From positions 37,961 to 101,960 of the forward strand of contig CATKZW010000002.1 of NCBI GenBank assembly GCA_949841465.1: a DNA stretch of 64,000 bases, in the 5' to 3' direction. The stretch is from an uncultured Oscillospiraceae bacterium (GTDB lineage Bacteria > Bacillota > Clostridia > Oscillospirales > Oscillospiraceae). The notes below the pieces were generated by a model. The model searched no databases. It worked only from the letters and a program-made list of their open reading frames with translations, and had not been told where the DNA came from. The translations under genes were made by a program, and so were the position numbers. Each line of letters begins with the position of its first letter. Positions within the stretch are counted from its first letter, which is position 1. Below, piece after piece: positions 8,685 through 17,125 of this stretch.

Positions 8685-10556
8685 ATGGAGATCAACATTA
8701 CATTTGCCCCGGAGGCCGGGGAACCCGTCCGCTTCGCCGCCGGGGAGCTGACCGCCTATCTGGGGCGGATGCTGGCGGAGGAGACGGGGACGCTGTCCGT
8801 CAGCCTGGAGGTCCGTCCGGACCGGGAACCCGGCCTGCCCGACTGGTTCTCCGTAAATCTGGAGGAAAGGGGCGGGACTGTGGCCGGAAACAGCGGGCGG
8901 GCGGTGCTGCTGGGCGTGTACGACTGCCTGCGCCGCCTGGGGTGCCGCTTCCCCGCCCCGGTGAAGGGCTGCGAGACGGTGCCCAGCCTCACCCGACAGG
9001 CGCTGGCCCTCCGGTATGAGCACCGGGCGTCCTTTTACCACCGGGGTGTGTGCATCGAGGGGGCGGACAGCCGGGAAAACCTGCTGGATTTCATCGACTG
9101 GCTGCCTAAGGCGGGATACAACAGCTTTTTCCTGCAATTCAGGACCCCTTACGCCTTTTTCAAGCGCTGGTATCTCCACGAGCGCAACCCCCTGCGAAAG
9201 GCGGAGCCCTTCTCCCCCGCGGACGTGCCGGTCTGGACGGAGGAGGCGGAGGGAGCGCTGAAACGCCGGGGCCTGCTGCTCCACAAGGTGGGCCACGGCT
9301 GGACCGGGGCGGCGCTGGGCTTCGACGCCCAGTCCTGGGACGCGGACCCGGAGCCGCTGTCGGAGGAAAAGCGCCCCCTGGCCGCCCAGGTGGACGGCGT
9401 GCGGGGGCTGTACAAGGGCGTGAGCGCCAACACCAACCTGTGCTTCCGCAACGGGGACGCGGCGGAGGTCTTTGCCGCCCTGGTGGCGGACTACGCCCAG
9501 GCCCACCCCGGCGTGGATTACCTCCACGTCTGGCTGGCGGACACCTATAACAACGTGTGCGAGTGCGAAGGGTGCCGGGCCACCACCCTCTCCGACCAGT
9601 ATGTAGAGCTGCTCAACGAGATCGACCGCCGCCTCACCGCCCAGGGGCTGGATACCAAAATCGTGTTCCTGCTCTACCAGGAGCTGCTGTGGCCGCCGGT
9701 GAAGGCCCGGCTGACCAACCCGGAGCGGTTTGTGCTCATGTTCGCCCCCATCAGCCGCACCTTCGAGCAGTCCTACCCGGCGGTGGGGGAGCTGCCCCCC
9801 ATCCCAGCCTACGAGCGGAATCGGATCGAGCTGCCCACCAGCCTGGAGGAAAACCTGGCCTTCCTCCGGGGCTGGCAGAGGCAGTTCGCGGGGGACAGCT
9901 TTGTCTACGACTACCCCCTGGGCCGGGCCCACTACGGCGATTTCGGCTATGTGAAGCTGGCCAGGGTCGTCAGTGGGGACGTGAAACGGCTGAAACAGCT
10001 GGGCCTCAACGGCTATATCAGCTGCCAGGAGCTGCGCTCGGGCCTGCCCAACTTCTTCCCCAACTATGTGCTGGGCCGGACGTTGATGGACGAGCGCGCC
10101 GATGTGAACGAGCTGATGGCCGAGTATTTCTCCGCCGCCTACGGGGAGGACTGGCCCGCCGTGGCGGATTATCTGTTCCAGCTGTCCGGCCTGAGCAGCA
10201 CCGACTACGTCAACGGCAAGGGACCGCGCACAGACCAAGACATGGCCGCCCGGATGGAGGCCGTCCGGGAGCTGTGCCTGGACTTCACCCCCACCCTGGA
10301 CGCCCACCGCACCCCCCAGGGCTGGCAGACCCCTTTCTGGGCGGCGCTGGACTACCACCGGGCGTATGTGCTCAAGCTGTCCCGAGCCCTGCGGCATCTG
10401 GCCCTGGGCGAGGCGGAGAAGGCGGCGGAGAGCCGGCGGGCTTTCCTGGAGCTGATCTGCGAAAAAGAGCCGGACTTCCAACCCTGGCTGGACGTGTACC
10501 GGGTGCTGGAGGTCACGGAAAACTATACCGGCTTCCGCGGGGGCGCGGAGGCGTGA
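8685..10556 (+). CDS. DUF4838-like putative glycoside hydrolase (cytoplasmic)
   Basis: N-terminal FAAGELTAYL / LLGVYDCLRRLGCRF segment, HVWLADTYNNVCECEGC and FVYDY; no signal peptide; SD AAGGAGG. Confidence 0.65.
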   Translation: MEINITFAPEAGEPVRFAAGELTAYLGRMLAEETGTLSVSLEVRPDREPGLPDWFSVNLEERGGTVAGNSGRAVLLGVYDCLRRLGCRFPAPVKGCETVPSLTRQALALRYEHRASFYHRGVCIEGADSRENLLDFIDWLPKAGYNSFFLQFRTPYAFFKRWYLHERNPLRKAEPFSPADVPVWTEEAEGALKRRGLLLHKVGHGWTGAALGFDAQSWDADPEPLSEEKRPLAAQVDGVRGLYKGVSANTNLCFRNGDAAEVFAALVADYAQAHPGVDYLHVWLADTYNNVCECEGCRATTLSDQYVELLNEIDRRLTAQGLDTKIVFLLYQELLWPPVKARLTNPERFVLMFAPISRTFEQSYPAVGELPPIPAYERNRIELPTSLEENLAFLRGWQRQFAGDSFVYDYPLGRAHYGDFGYVKLARVVSGDVKRLKQLGLNGYISCQELRSGLPNFFPNYVLGRTLMDERADVNELMAEYFSAAYGEDWPAVADYLFQLSGLSSTDYVNGKGPRTDQDMAARMEAVRELCLDFTPTLDAHRTPQGWQTPFWAALDYHRAYVLKLSRALRHLALGEAEKAAESRRAFLELICEKEPDFQPWLDVYRVLEVTENYTGFRGGAEA

Positions 10557-10571
10557 AAGGAGGAGTTTCCC

Positions 10572-11393
10572 ATGCGTCACGACTACTATTACTACGACCG
10601 GGAGCAGCTGCTGGCGGCCCCGAAGCTGCCCATCCAGGTGCTGGCGGACAACGACGCGGTGTTCCAGGCCATGGCCTGGGAGATGGCGGAGGAGATCCGG
10701 CGGAAAAACGCCCTGGGGGAGCGGACGGTGTTCATCTGCCCCGTGGGGCCGGTGGGGCAGTACCCCTATTTCGTGGACATCGTCAACCGTGAGGGCATCA
10801 GCCTGAAAAACGTCTGGTTCCTCAACATGGACGAGTACCTGACGGACGAGAAGGAGTGGGTGGACAAGGACCATCCTCTCAGCTTTCGGGGCTTTATGGA
10901 CCGCGCTGTGTACGCTAAAATCCGCCCCGAGCTGCTCATGCCCGAGGGACAGCGGGTGTTCCCCGACCCCAAGGCCCCGGACCGCATGACCCGGCTGGTG
11001 GAGGAGCTGGGCGGGGTGGACATCTGCTTCGGCGGCATCGGCATCAACGGCCATTTGGCCTTCAACGAGGCCCAGGATGAGCTGACCCCAGAGCAGTTCA
11101 AGGCCCTGCGCACCCGGGTGCTGCCCATCTCCCCGGAGACCCGGACGGCCAACGCCATCGGCGACTTCAACGGCGCGCTGGACGACATGCCCCGCTGGTG
11201 CGTCACCATCGGCATGAACGAGATTTACAACGCCCGGAAGGTGCGTCTGGGCTGCTTCCGGAACTGGCACCGGGCGGTGGTGCGCCACGCGGCCTACGGC
11301 GAGGTGTCCGCCCATTTCCCTGCCACCCTGCTCCAGGACCATCCGGATGCGCTGCTGCGCCTCACAGAGTTCGTGGCCAAGCCCGCCGACTGA
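10572..11393 (+). CDS. nagB: Glucosamine-6-phosphate deaminase/isomerase-like protein
   Basis: NMDEY and GGIGINGHLAFNE motifs, TIGMNEI. Confidence 0.78.
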   Translation: MRHDYYYYDREQLLAAPKLPIQVLADNDAVFQAMAWEMAEEIRRKNALGERTVFICPVGPVGQYPYFVDIVNREGISLKNVWFLNMDEYLTDEKEWVDKDHPLSFRGFMDRAVYAKIRPELLMPEGQRVFPDPKAPDRMTRLVEELGGVDICFGGIGINGHLAFNEAQDELTPEQFKALRTRVLPISPETRTANAIGDFNGALDDMPRWCVTIGMNEIYNARKVRLGCFRNWHRAVVRHAAYGEVSAHFPATLLQDHPDALLRLTEFVAKPAD

Positions 11394-11408
11394 CAGAAAG
11401 GAGCCGGT

Positions 11409-12560
11409 ATGCCGCAAACCTACATTGTAAACGGGCAGGTCTATCTGGACCGCCGCTTCCAGCCCATGACCGTGGGCATGCACGGCGGGGTCATCCGCCT
11501 GCTGCCCCCCGGCGCGCCCATCCCGGAGGGGGCGGAGACGGTGGACGCCGCCGGGATGAAGGTGGTCCCCGGCTTCATCGACGTCCACACCCACGGCGGC
11601 GTGGGGGTGGATGTGAACGGCGCGGACGCGGATGATCTGGAGAAGCTGTGCCGCTTTTTTGCCGGGAACGGCACCACCGCGTGGCTGTGCTCTGTGCTCA
11701 CCGACACGGTGGAGCAGACCAATTGGTGCATTGATCAGTTCAAGGCCCACAAGGCGGTGGGCCAGCCCACCGCCGAGCTGCTGGGCATCCATCTGGAGGG
11801 CCCCTTCCTGGCCGCTGAGTACAAGGGGGCCATGCCGGAGCACCTGCTGAGGGCCGGCGACCCGGCGCTGCTGGGGGCCTATCAGGAGCGGGCGGAGGGC
11901 AATATCCGCTACCTCACCGTCTCTCCGGAGGCGGAGGGGGTGATCGGCCTGATCCCGGAGGCCCAAAGGCTGGGCATTGTCGCCGCCATCGGCCACTCCG
12001 GGGCGGACTATGAGACCTCCATGGAGGCCATTGCCGCCGGGGCCCGGGCCTGCACCCACACCTTCAACGCCATGGGGCTGTTCCACCAGCACCGCCCCGC
12101 CATCATGGGGGCCGTGCTGGAGTCCGATGTGTACTGCGAGATGATCTGTGACGGGCGGCACCTCCATCCCGGCGCGGTGCGCCTGCTCATCAAGACCAAG
12201 GGCCTGGACCGGGTGGTGGCCGTCACCGACTCCATCATGGCCGCGGGCCTGCCCGACGGGCGCTACCACCTGGGGGTCAACGACGTGGTGGTGGAGGAGG
12301 GGGACGCCAAGCTGGCCTCCACCGGCGTGCGGGCGGGGAGCACCCTCACCCAGGATACCGCCCTGCGCAGCCTGATGGCATTCACCGGGCAGCCCATGGA
12401 GGAGCTGCTGCCCGCCCTGACGGAGAATCCAGCCAGGCTCATCGGCGTGCTTGACCGCAAGGGCTCCATTGCCGAAGGCAAGGATGCGGACCTGGTGCTG
12501 CTGGACGGGGAAAACCAGGTGCGCACCGTGTTCTGCCGGGGCCGGCGGGTGAAGGGCTGA
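11409..12560 (+). CDS. nagA: N-acetylglucosamine-6-phosphate deacetylase
   Basis: PGFIDVHTHG, HLEGPF, GHS, THTFNAM, DGRHLHP and VTDS motifs. Confidence 0.93.
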   Translation: MPQTYIVNGQVYLDRRFQPMTVGMHGGVIRLLPPGAPIPEGAETVDAAGMKVVPGFIDVHTHGGVGVDVNGADADDLEKLCRFFAGNGTTAWLCSVLTDTVEQTNWCIDQFKAHKAVGQPTAELLGIHLEGPFLAAEYKGAMPEHLLRAGDPALLGAYQERAEGNIRYLTVSPEAEGVIGLIPEAQRLGIVAAIGHSGADYETSMEAIAAGARACTHTFNAMGLFHQHRPAIMGAVLESDVYCEMICDGRHLHPGAVRLLIKTKGLDRVVAVTDSIMAAGLPDGRYHLGVNDVVVEEGDAKLASTGVRAGSTLTQDTALRSLMAFTGQPMEELLPALTENPARLIGVLDRKGSIAEGKDADLVLLDGENQVRTVFCRGRRVKG

Positions 12561-12565
12561 CGACA

Positions 12566-12597
12566 AAAGCGCATTGCGGCATGCCGCAATGCGCTTT
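12566..12597. terminator. Bidirectional terminator (32-bp perfect palindrome) between nagA and the ROK gene
   Basis: AAAGCGCATTGCGGCA|TGCCGCAATGCGCTTT. Confidence 0.8.
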
Positions 12598-12614
12598 CCC
12601 CTGAGCCATCCGGA

Positions 12615-13844
12615 TTATTCCGCACAAACCTGGAGTCCGTGGGCGATGGCCACCGCCGCCGCCCCTCTGGCCCCGCTGTACCGGTCCGGTTCCACAAATA
12701 TGAAATTTGTGTCCCCCCGGGTGACCTTGCAGATGTTGCGGCGGGCCACATCCAGCAGCTGCCGGCGGTTGGCAGGGCTTTGGAACAGCTCACCGTCGAT
12801 GAGCAGGGCGTGGGGGCAGGTAAAGTTGACGATGTTGGCAATCGCCACTCCCAGGGTGTACACCGCCCGCTCCACGATGAGGTAGACCGCCGGGTCTCCC
12901 GCCTCCTGGGCCTGGAGAATCTGGGCCATGGCGGGCGCCTCCCCTTTGGCGCACAGGGAGCGGAGGATGGGCGCCTCCCCCTTGGCCAGGGCGTCCATGC
13001 ACCGGGCGATGATGGCCCGGCTGCTGGAGATGGCCTCTAGACAGCCGTGGTTGCCGCAGGTGCACTGAGGGCCGTTGGACTCCATCACCATGTGGCCCAC
13101 CTCCCCCGCCCCCACGATGGAGCCGTAGGAGCTGGAGGTGTTCAGGATCAGCGGGCAGGCAATGCCGGTATGGATAAACAGATAGGCGAAGGTGGGAACG
13201 TCGTTGAGCTGCTCCCGCTGGAACAGGGAGGCGCCGCAGGCGCGGGCGCAGGCGTTGTTCTCTACGCAGATGGGCTTGTGAAAGTCCAAACGGCGGCGCA
13301 CGTCCCGCAGGATGTTCTTGTCGAACCAGTTGAAGCTGGGGCGGACCCGGAGTATGCCCGTCTCGGTGTCCACCAGGCCGGGCAGGCAGAAGCCCAGGGC
13401 GTCGATGTCGTCAAAGCCCAGTTTCAGCTCCGCCAGCAGGTCCCGAACCAGCCGGCAGGTCATGTCCAGGTTGTACTCGTAGTCCCGGTCGGCCGCGGCG
13501 GCCTCCGCCTGGCCCAGCACCCGGCCCCGGAAGTCGGTGACGCACGCGGTGCTGTCTGTCCCCCGCATCTCCACCCCCACATACCGGCGGGCCTGGGGCA
13601 CGATGTCCAACAGGCGGCTCTTCCGGCCGGAGCGCTGGTCGGCGCTCTCCTGCTGGTCCAGCTCCTGCACCAGCCCCTCGGCGATCATGGCGCTGATGTT
13701 GGTGGTGATGGTGGGCAGAGTCAAGCCCAGCCGCTTGGCGATGTCTGCCCGGGTGATGGGGGCGCAGTGGTACACCATGCGGAGGATGGAGGACTGGTTG
13801 GCCGCCCTGACCCGGGGGAGGTTGTTGCCCTTGACAAACTGCAT
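12615..13844 (-). CDS. ROK family transcriptional repressor (NagC/XylR-like)
   Basis: N-terminal HTH (TRADIAKRLGLTLPTIT), GRKS linker, ENNAC and GEVGHMVMESNGPQCTCGNHGCLE zinc motif. Confidence 0.92.
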   Translation of the reverse strand: MQFVKGNNLPRVRAANQSSILRMVYHCAPITRADIAKRLGLTLPTITTNISAMIAEGLVQELDQQESADQRSGRKSRLLDIVPQARRYVGVEMRGTDSTACVTDFRGRVLGQAEAAAADRDYEYNLDMTCRLVRDLLAELKLGFDDIDALGFCLPGLVDTETGILRVRPSFNWFDKNILRDVRRRLDFHKPICVENNACARACGASLFQREQLNDVPTFAYLFIHTGIACPLILNTSSSYGSIVGAGEVGHMVMESNGPQCTCGNHGCLEAISSSRAIIARCMDALAKGEAPILRSLCAKGEAPAMAQILQAQEAGDPAVYLIVERAVYTLGVAIANIVNFTCPHALLIDGELFQSPANRRQLLDVARRNICKVTRGDTNFIFVEPDRYSGARGAAAVAIAHGLQVCAE

Positions 13845-14001
13845 CTGATCACCTTCTTTCCGGAGAATTTTTACAAAGCGCGGTGAATGCGCCATGGCGG
13901 CAGGGTGTATACCGTATTTTCTTAAAAATATTATACAAAGCCCGGGAAAAGGTGTCAAGCGGCCGGGGAAAAACAGTGGAAAAGAAGAAGGGGGTATTTT
14001 T

Positions 14002-14787
14002 ATGGCGGTGTTTTTTCTGGTGAGCTTTCTAGCCAGCATCGTGGGGGCCATCTGCGGCATCGGCGGCGGGGTGGTCATCAAGCCGGTGCTGGACATGCTG
14101 GGGCTGGAGACGGTGGCGGCCATCAGCTTTTTGTCCGGCTGCACGGTGCTGTCCATGAGCTGCTATTCCGTCACCCGGGCGCTGGCCAAGGGGGACAGCG
14201 GCGTGGACCTGAAAACAGGCACTCCACTGGCCCTGGGCGCGGCCCTGGGCGGGCTGGCGGGCAAGCAGCTGTTTGACCTGGTCCGCTCCCTGTTCGAAAA
14301 TCAAGGCCGGGTGGGTGCGGTGCAGGCGGCCTGCTTGGGGATCATCACCCTGGGCACCCTGGCCTACACCCTGAACAAGGCCCGCATCCCTACCCACAGA
14401 GTCGCTGCCCCCCCGGCCTGCGTTGCCATCGGGCTGTGCCTGGGGATCATGTCCAGCTTTTTGGGCATCGGCGGCGGCCCCATCAACCTGGTGGTTCTAT
14501 ACTTCTTTTTCAGCATGGACACCAAAACCGCCGCCTCCAACAGCCTGTACATCATCCTGTTCAGCCAGCTGGCCAGTCTGCTGTCCACCCTGGTCACCCG
14601 CACGGCGCCCGATTTCCGCTGGCCGGTGCTGCTGGTGATGGTGTGCGGCGGTGTGTGCGGCGGCGTGGTGGGCCGCACGCTGAACAAGCGGATGGACAAC
14701 AGGCTGGTGGAGCGGCTGTTCATCGGCCTGATGGCCGCCATTGTGCTCATCTGCGTGTACAACGTGTACCGGGGGCTGTCCGCCTGA
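14002..14787 (+). CDS. TauE/SafE (TSUP) family sulfite/organosulfonate exporter
   Basis: Duplicated GIGGG motifs (GAICGIGGGVVIKP, SSFLGIGGGPIN) in a polytopic membrane protein. Confidence 0.85.
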   Translation: MAVFFLVSFLASIVGAICGIGGGVVIKPVLDMLGLETVAAISFLSGCTVLSMSCYSVTRALAKGDSGVDLKTGTPLALGAALGGLAGKQLFDLVRSLFENQGRVGAVQAACLGIITLGTLAYTLNKARIPTHRVAAPPACVAIGLCLGIMSSFLGIGGGPINLVVLYFFFSMDTKTAASNSLYIILFSQLASLLSTLVTRTAPDFRWPVLLVMVCGGVCGGVVGRTLNKRMDNRLVERLFIGLMAAIVLICVYNVYRGLSA

Positions 14788-14929
14788 GCGTGTCCCGGAA
14801 ACAGAGGAAAAGGCCGGGCTGCCACGTAACCGCCCAACGCTTGACCCACTTTCTGTATGATATCGTGATACTACTTTTCCCTGTTGGTACAATTTCTAAC
14901 TTTGCCAAAGAAAACCAGCGGCTGAATTT

Positions 14930-14958
14930 GAATACGCTTCCAAATCCTGCGGATAATA
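14930..14958 (+). promoter_or_regulatory. Candidate forespore (sigma-F/G-like) promoter of spoVT
   Basis: GAATA(14930-14934)-17 bp-GATAATA(14952-14958), resembling the GHATA...CATAMTA consensus. Confidence 0.4.
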
Positions 14959-15017
14959 CAGATGGAACGATACAAAAAATGCCGTGGGGAGCCGCGGCAG
15001 AACGCAGGAGGAAAACC

Positions 15018-15200
15018 ATGAAAGCGACTGGGATCGTACGCCGCATCGACGACCTGGGCCGGGTGGTGATCCCCAAGGAAATCCGACGCACTATGCGTAT
15101 CCGCGAGGGCGACCCATCTCTGATAACATTGGAATGGTGGAAAAGGTTTTGCGTTGGAATGATGGATCTGTCAAAACGGACAGGATGGAGTTGTACATAG
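15018..15200 (+). pseudogene. spoVT: 5' fragment of stage V sporulation protein T (about 33 codons of the AbrB domain) fused to an unrelated 27-aa tail
   Basis: MKATGIVRRIDDLGRVVIPKEIRRTMRIREGDP matches the SpoVT N-terminus, then similarity is lost abruptly; SD CAGGAGG; no C-terminal GAF half in the window. Confidence 0.85.
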
Positions 15201-15257
15201 TGACGGAAAGATTTGGAGATGCCATGGGCATCCATAACGAGACGATTCGAAGATGGA

Positions 15258-15299
15258 AATGCCGCAATCGCTTTGGGGACAAGCGATTGCGGCGTTTTG
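15258..15299 (+). terminator. Intrinsic terminator downstream of the spoVT fragment
   Basis: Perfect 13-bp stem GCCGCAATCGCTT (15261-15273) / AAGCGATTGCGGC (15281-15293), followed by GTTTTG. Confidence 0.65.
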
Positions 15300-15427
15300 A
15301 CTGTTCCGGTGCGGGGATGGCACAGCTGTGCAGGACATGGGTATTCCGGCGATTTGTCAACAGGTCCAGTTCCTAACGCTGCCCACGGCTTGTTGTAACG
15401 ATTGCGAATATAGCTCTTAACAATCTT

Positions 15428-15462
15428 AAAAACGCCGTCGGCCTGAGGCCGACGGCGTTTTT
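15428..15462. terminator. Bidirectional terminator after ireB
   Basis: AAAAACGCCGTCGGCC-TGA-GGCCGACGGCGTTTTT. Confidence 0.85.
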
Positions 15463-15463
15463 C

Positions 15464-15718
15464 TTACTTCTCGTGAAGATAGCTCTTGAGTAGCACCTGA
15501 AGCAGCTCATCCCGGTCCAGCTGGCGGATGAGGGTGCGGGCGTTGTTGTGGTTGGTGATATAGGTTGGGTCCTCGCTGAGGATATAGCCCACAATCTGGT
15601 TGATGGGGTTATAGCCCTTTTCCCGCAGAGAATTGTAGACGGAGGACAGGATGGCTTTGATCTCCTCGTCCTTGTTCAAGCTGACGCTGAATTTACGTGT
15701 ATAGTCCATGTCATTCAA
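15464..15718 (-). CDS. ireB: IreB/ReoM family regulatory phosphoprotein (UPF0297); start is TTG 15718 or ATG 15709
   Basis: [38 protein letters not shown] is the family signature; Thr phosphosite context DYTRKF. Confidence 0.93.
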   Translation of the reverse strand: MNDMDYTRKFSVSLNKDEEIKAILSSVYNSLREKGYNPINQIVGYILSEDPTYITNHNNARTLIRQLDRDELLQVLLKSYLHEK

Positions 15719-15860
15719 TGGGCGCACCCCCTCTTTGTTTACTGATATTTTAGCCCAGACCGAGCCAATTGTAAAGAGGTAAAATGATAAATTTCAGTTA
15801 AGAAAACCAGCCGCCCGGCTTTTCTGCCGGACAGCTGGAAAATGCTGGCTGTGCAGGGTG

Positions 15861-16772
15861 TCAGCCGATGCGCTTAGCACCCACGATATAGGGGGCATAG
15901 TAACCGTAAATGCTGTCGTACTGCACGGTGTAGGAGGTAGTGGAGGCGTGGATGAATTGACCATTGCCCGCGTACATACCCACGTGGGTGGTGGGCAGGG
16001 TGCCGCCGGAGCTGTCAAAGCGGCGGTCAAAGAAGAAGATCAGGTCGCCGGGCTGCATGGCGTCGGTGGACACAAAGTAACCGCTGTTATAATACTGGCT
16101 GGAGGAGCCGCGGGCGATGGAGTGGCCCAGCTGCTTGTAGATGTAATATGTAAAGCCGGAGCAGTCAAAGGAGTTGGGGCCGGAGCCGCCGGACACATAC
16201 CGCTTGCCCAGCAGGCTCTGGGCGATAGCCACGGCGGCGGCGCCCAGCTCGCTGGAGCCTTCGTAATCAGCGCCCACCAGAGTGACGTACTCAGCGGATA
16301 TGTAGCCGGAGTCGATCTCGTACCAGCCGTTGCCGGGGTCGGACACGATGTCCACCACTGTGCCGGCCTTCAAAGAGGCTACCTTGTCATAAGAGGTGTC
16401 CGGGCCGGAGCGGACGTTGAGCACGCTGGCGGTGACGAGGCCCCGCTGCTGCTCGGGCTCGGTGCCCTGGGCGGCGGGGATGATGGTGCCGTCCGTCAGA
16501 GCCACGGTGAGCCACTCGCCGGACATGTAGCCCGTGTTCTCGCCGTAGGTCACCCTGTACCAGCCCTCGCCGGTGTCCTCCTCTACGATGACCTCAGCGC
16601 CCTTGGCGGCCATTGCGATGGTGTCGGAATCAGTGCTGGCCTCGCTGCGCAGGCGCAGGGAGTCGGCGGTAACAGTGCCGGTGCCGATGGAGGCGAAAGT
16701 CACGCCGGTGCCCATGGTGAGAATCAAGCCCGCAGCGGCCACCGTTTTGACCGCCCTCATTTTAAAATTCAT
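15861..16772 (-). CDS. Secreted peptidoglycan endopeptidase with 2 SH3b domains and NlpC/P60
   Basis: Signal peptide, LRLRSEAST and LNVRSGPDT SH3 repeats, FDCSGF, HVGMY and FIHAS. Confidence 0.92.
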   Translation of the reverse strand: MNFKMRAVKTVAAAGLILTMGTGVTFASIGTGTVTADSLRLRSEASTDSDTIAMAAKGAEVIVEEDTGEGWYRVTYGENTGYMSGEWLTVALTDGTIIPAAQGTEPEQQRGLVTASVLNVRSGPDTSYDKVASLKAGTVVDIVSDPGNGWYEIDSGYISAEYVTLVGADYEGSSELGAAAVAIAQSLLGKRYVSGGSGPNSFDCSGFTYYIYKQLGHSIARGSSSQYYNSGYFVSTDAMQPGDLIFFFDRRFDSSGGTLPTTHVGMYAGNGQFIHASTTSYTVQYDSIYGYYAPYIVGAKRIG

Positions 16773-16815
16773 TGGAATGACCTCCAGTAATATTTTCTTT
16801 GGTAAAGACGGTCTG

Positions 16816-17106
16816 TTACTTTCCGGCCAGCGCCCGCATCAGCCAGATGGAGCCCATATCGACGGCGGAGAACAGGTCGGGCAGGTCGCTCTTTTTCACC
16901 ACCCGGTCCCGGCTTTTCAGGTCGGGGTCGGTGAGCTGCAGCTGAAGATGCACCTTGTTGGCCAGTTCCAGGGAGCCGTCTTTTTCGGAGCTCATCACCT
17001 GGATCATCACGATGTATTTGTCGGCCATGGAGCCGTAGTAGATCAAATTGTCCTTGCGGCGGAGCGGGTGCCCTTTATAAGTAAGGACGGTGCTTTTGTC
17101 TGCCAT
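16816..17106 (-). CDS. Conserved hypothetical protein, probably co-transcribed with the NlpC/P60 gene
   Basis: 96-aa ORF with SD GAGGAGG, typical codon usage and a strong upstream promoter. Confidence 0.75.
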   Translation of the reverse strand: MADKSTVLTYKGHPLRRKDNLIYYGSMADKYIVMIQVMSSEKDGSLELANKVHLQLQLTDPDLKSRDRVVKKSDLPDLFSAVDMGSIWLMRALAGK

Positions 17107-17125
17107 GGGAACCTCCTCAAAAAGT

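Noticed and set aside
8592-12566. 1324-aa minus-strand ORF, and similar giant antisense ORFs (18093-21548, 21833-25891, 4147-5859, 59347-61512, 33333-35426)
   Set aside because: Shadow frames opposite well-supported genes, caused by strong GC3 bias; no motifs or SD.
15125-15420. Group II intron or coding remnant after the spoVT break (ORFs 14984-15376, 15213-15398)
   Set aside because: No intron 5' GUGCG at the junction, no domain V or RT motifs; the ORFs lack SD and recognisable domains.
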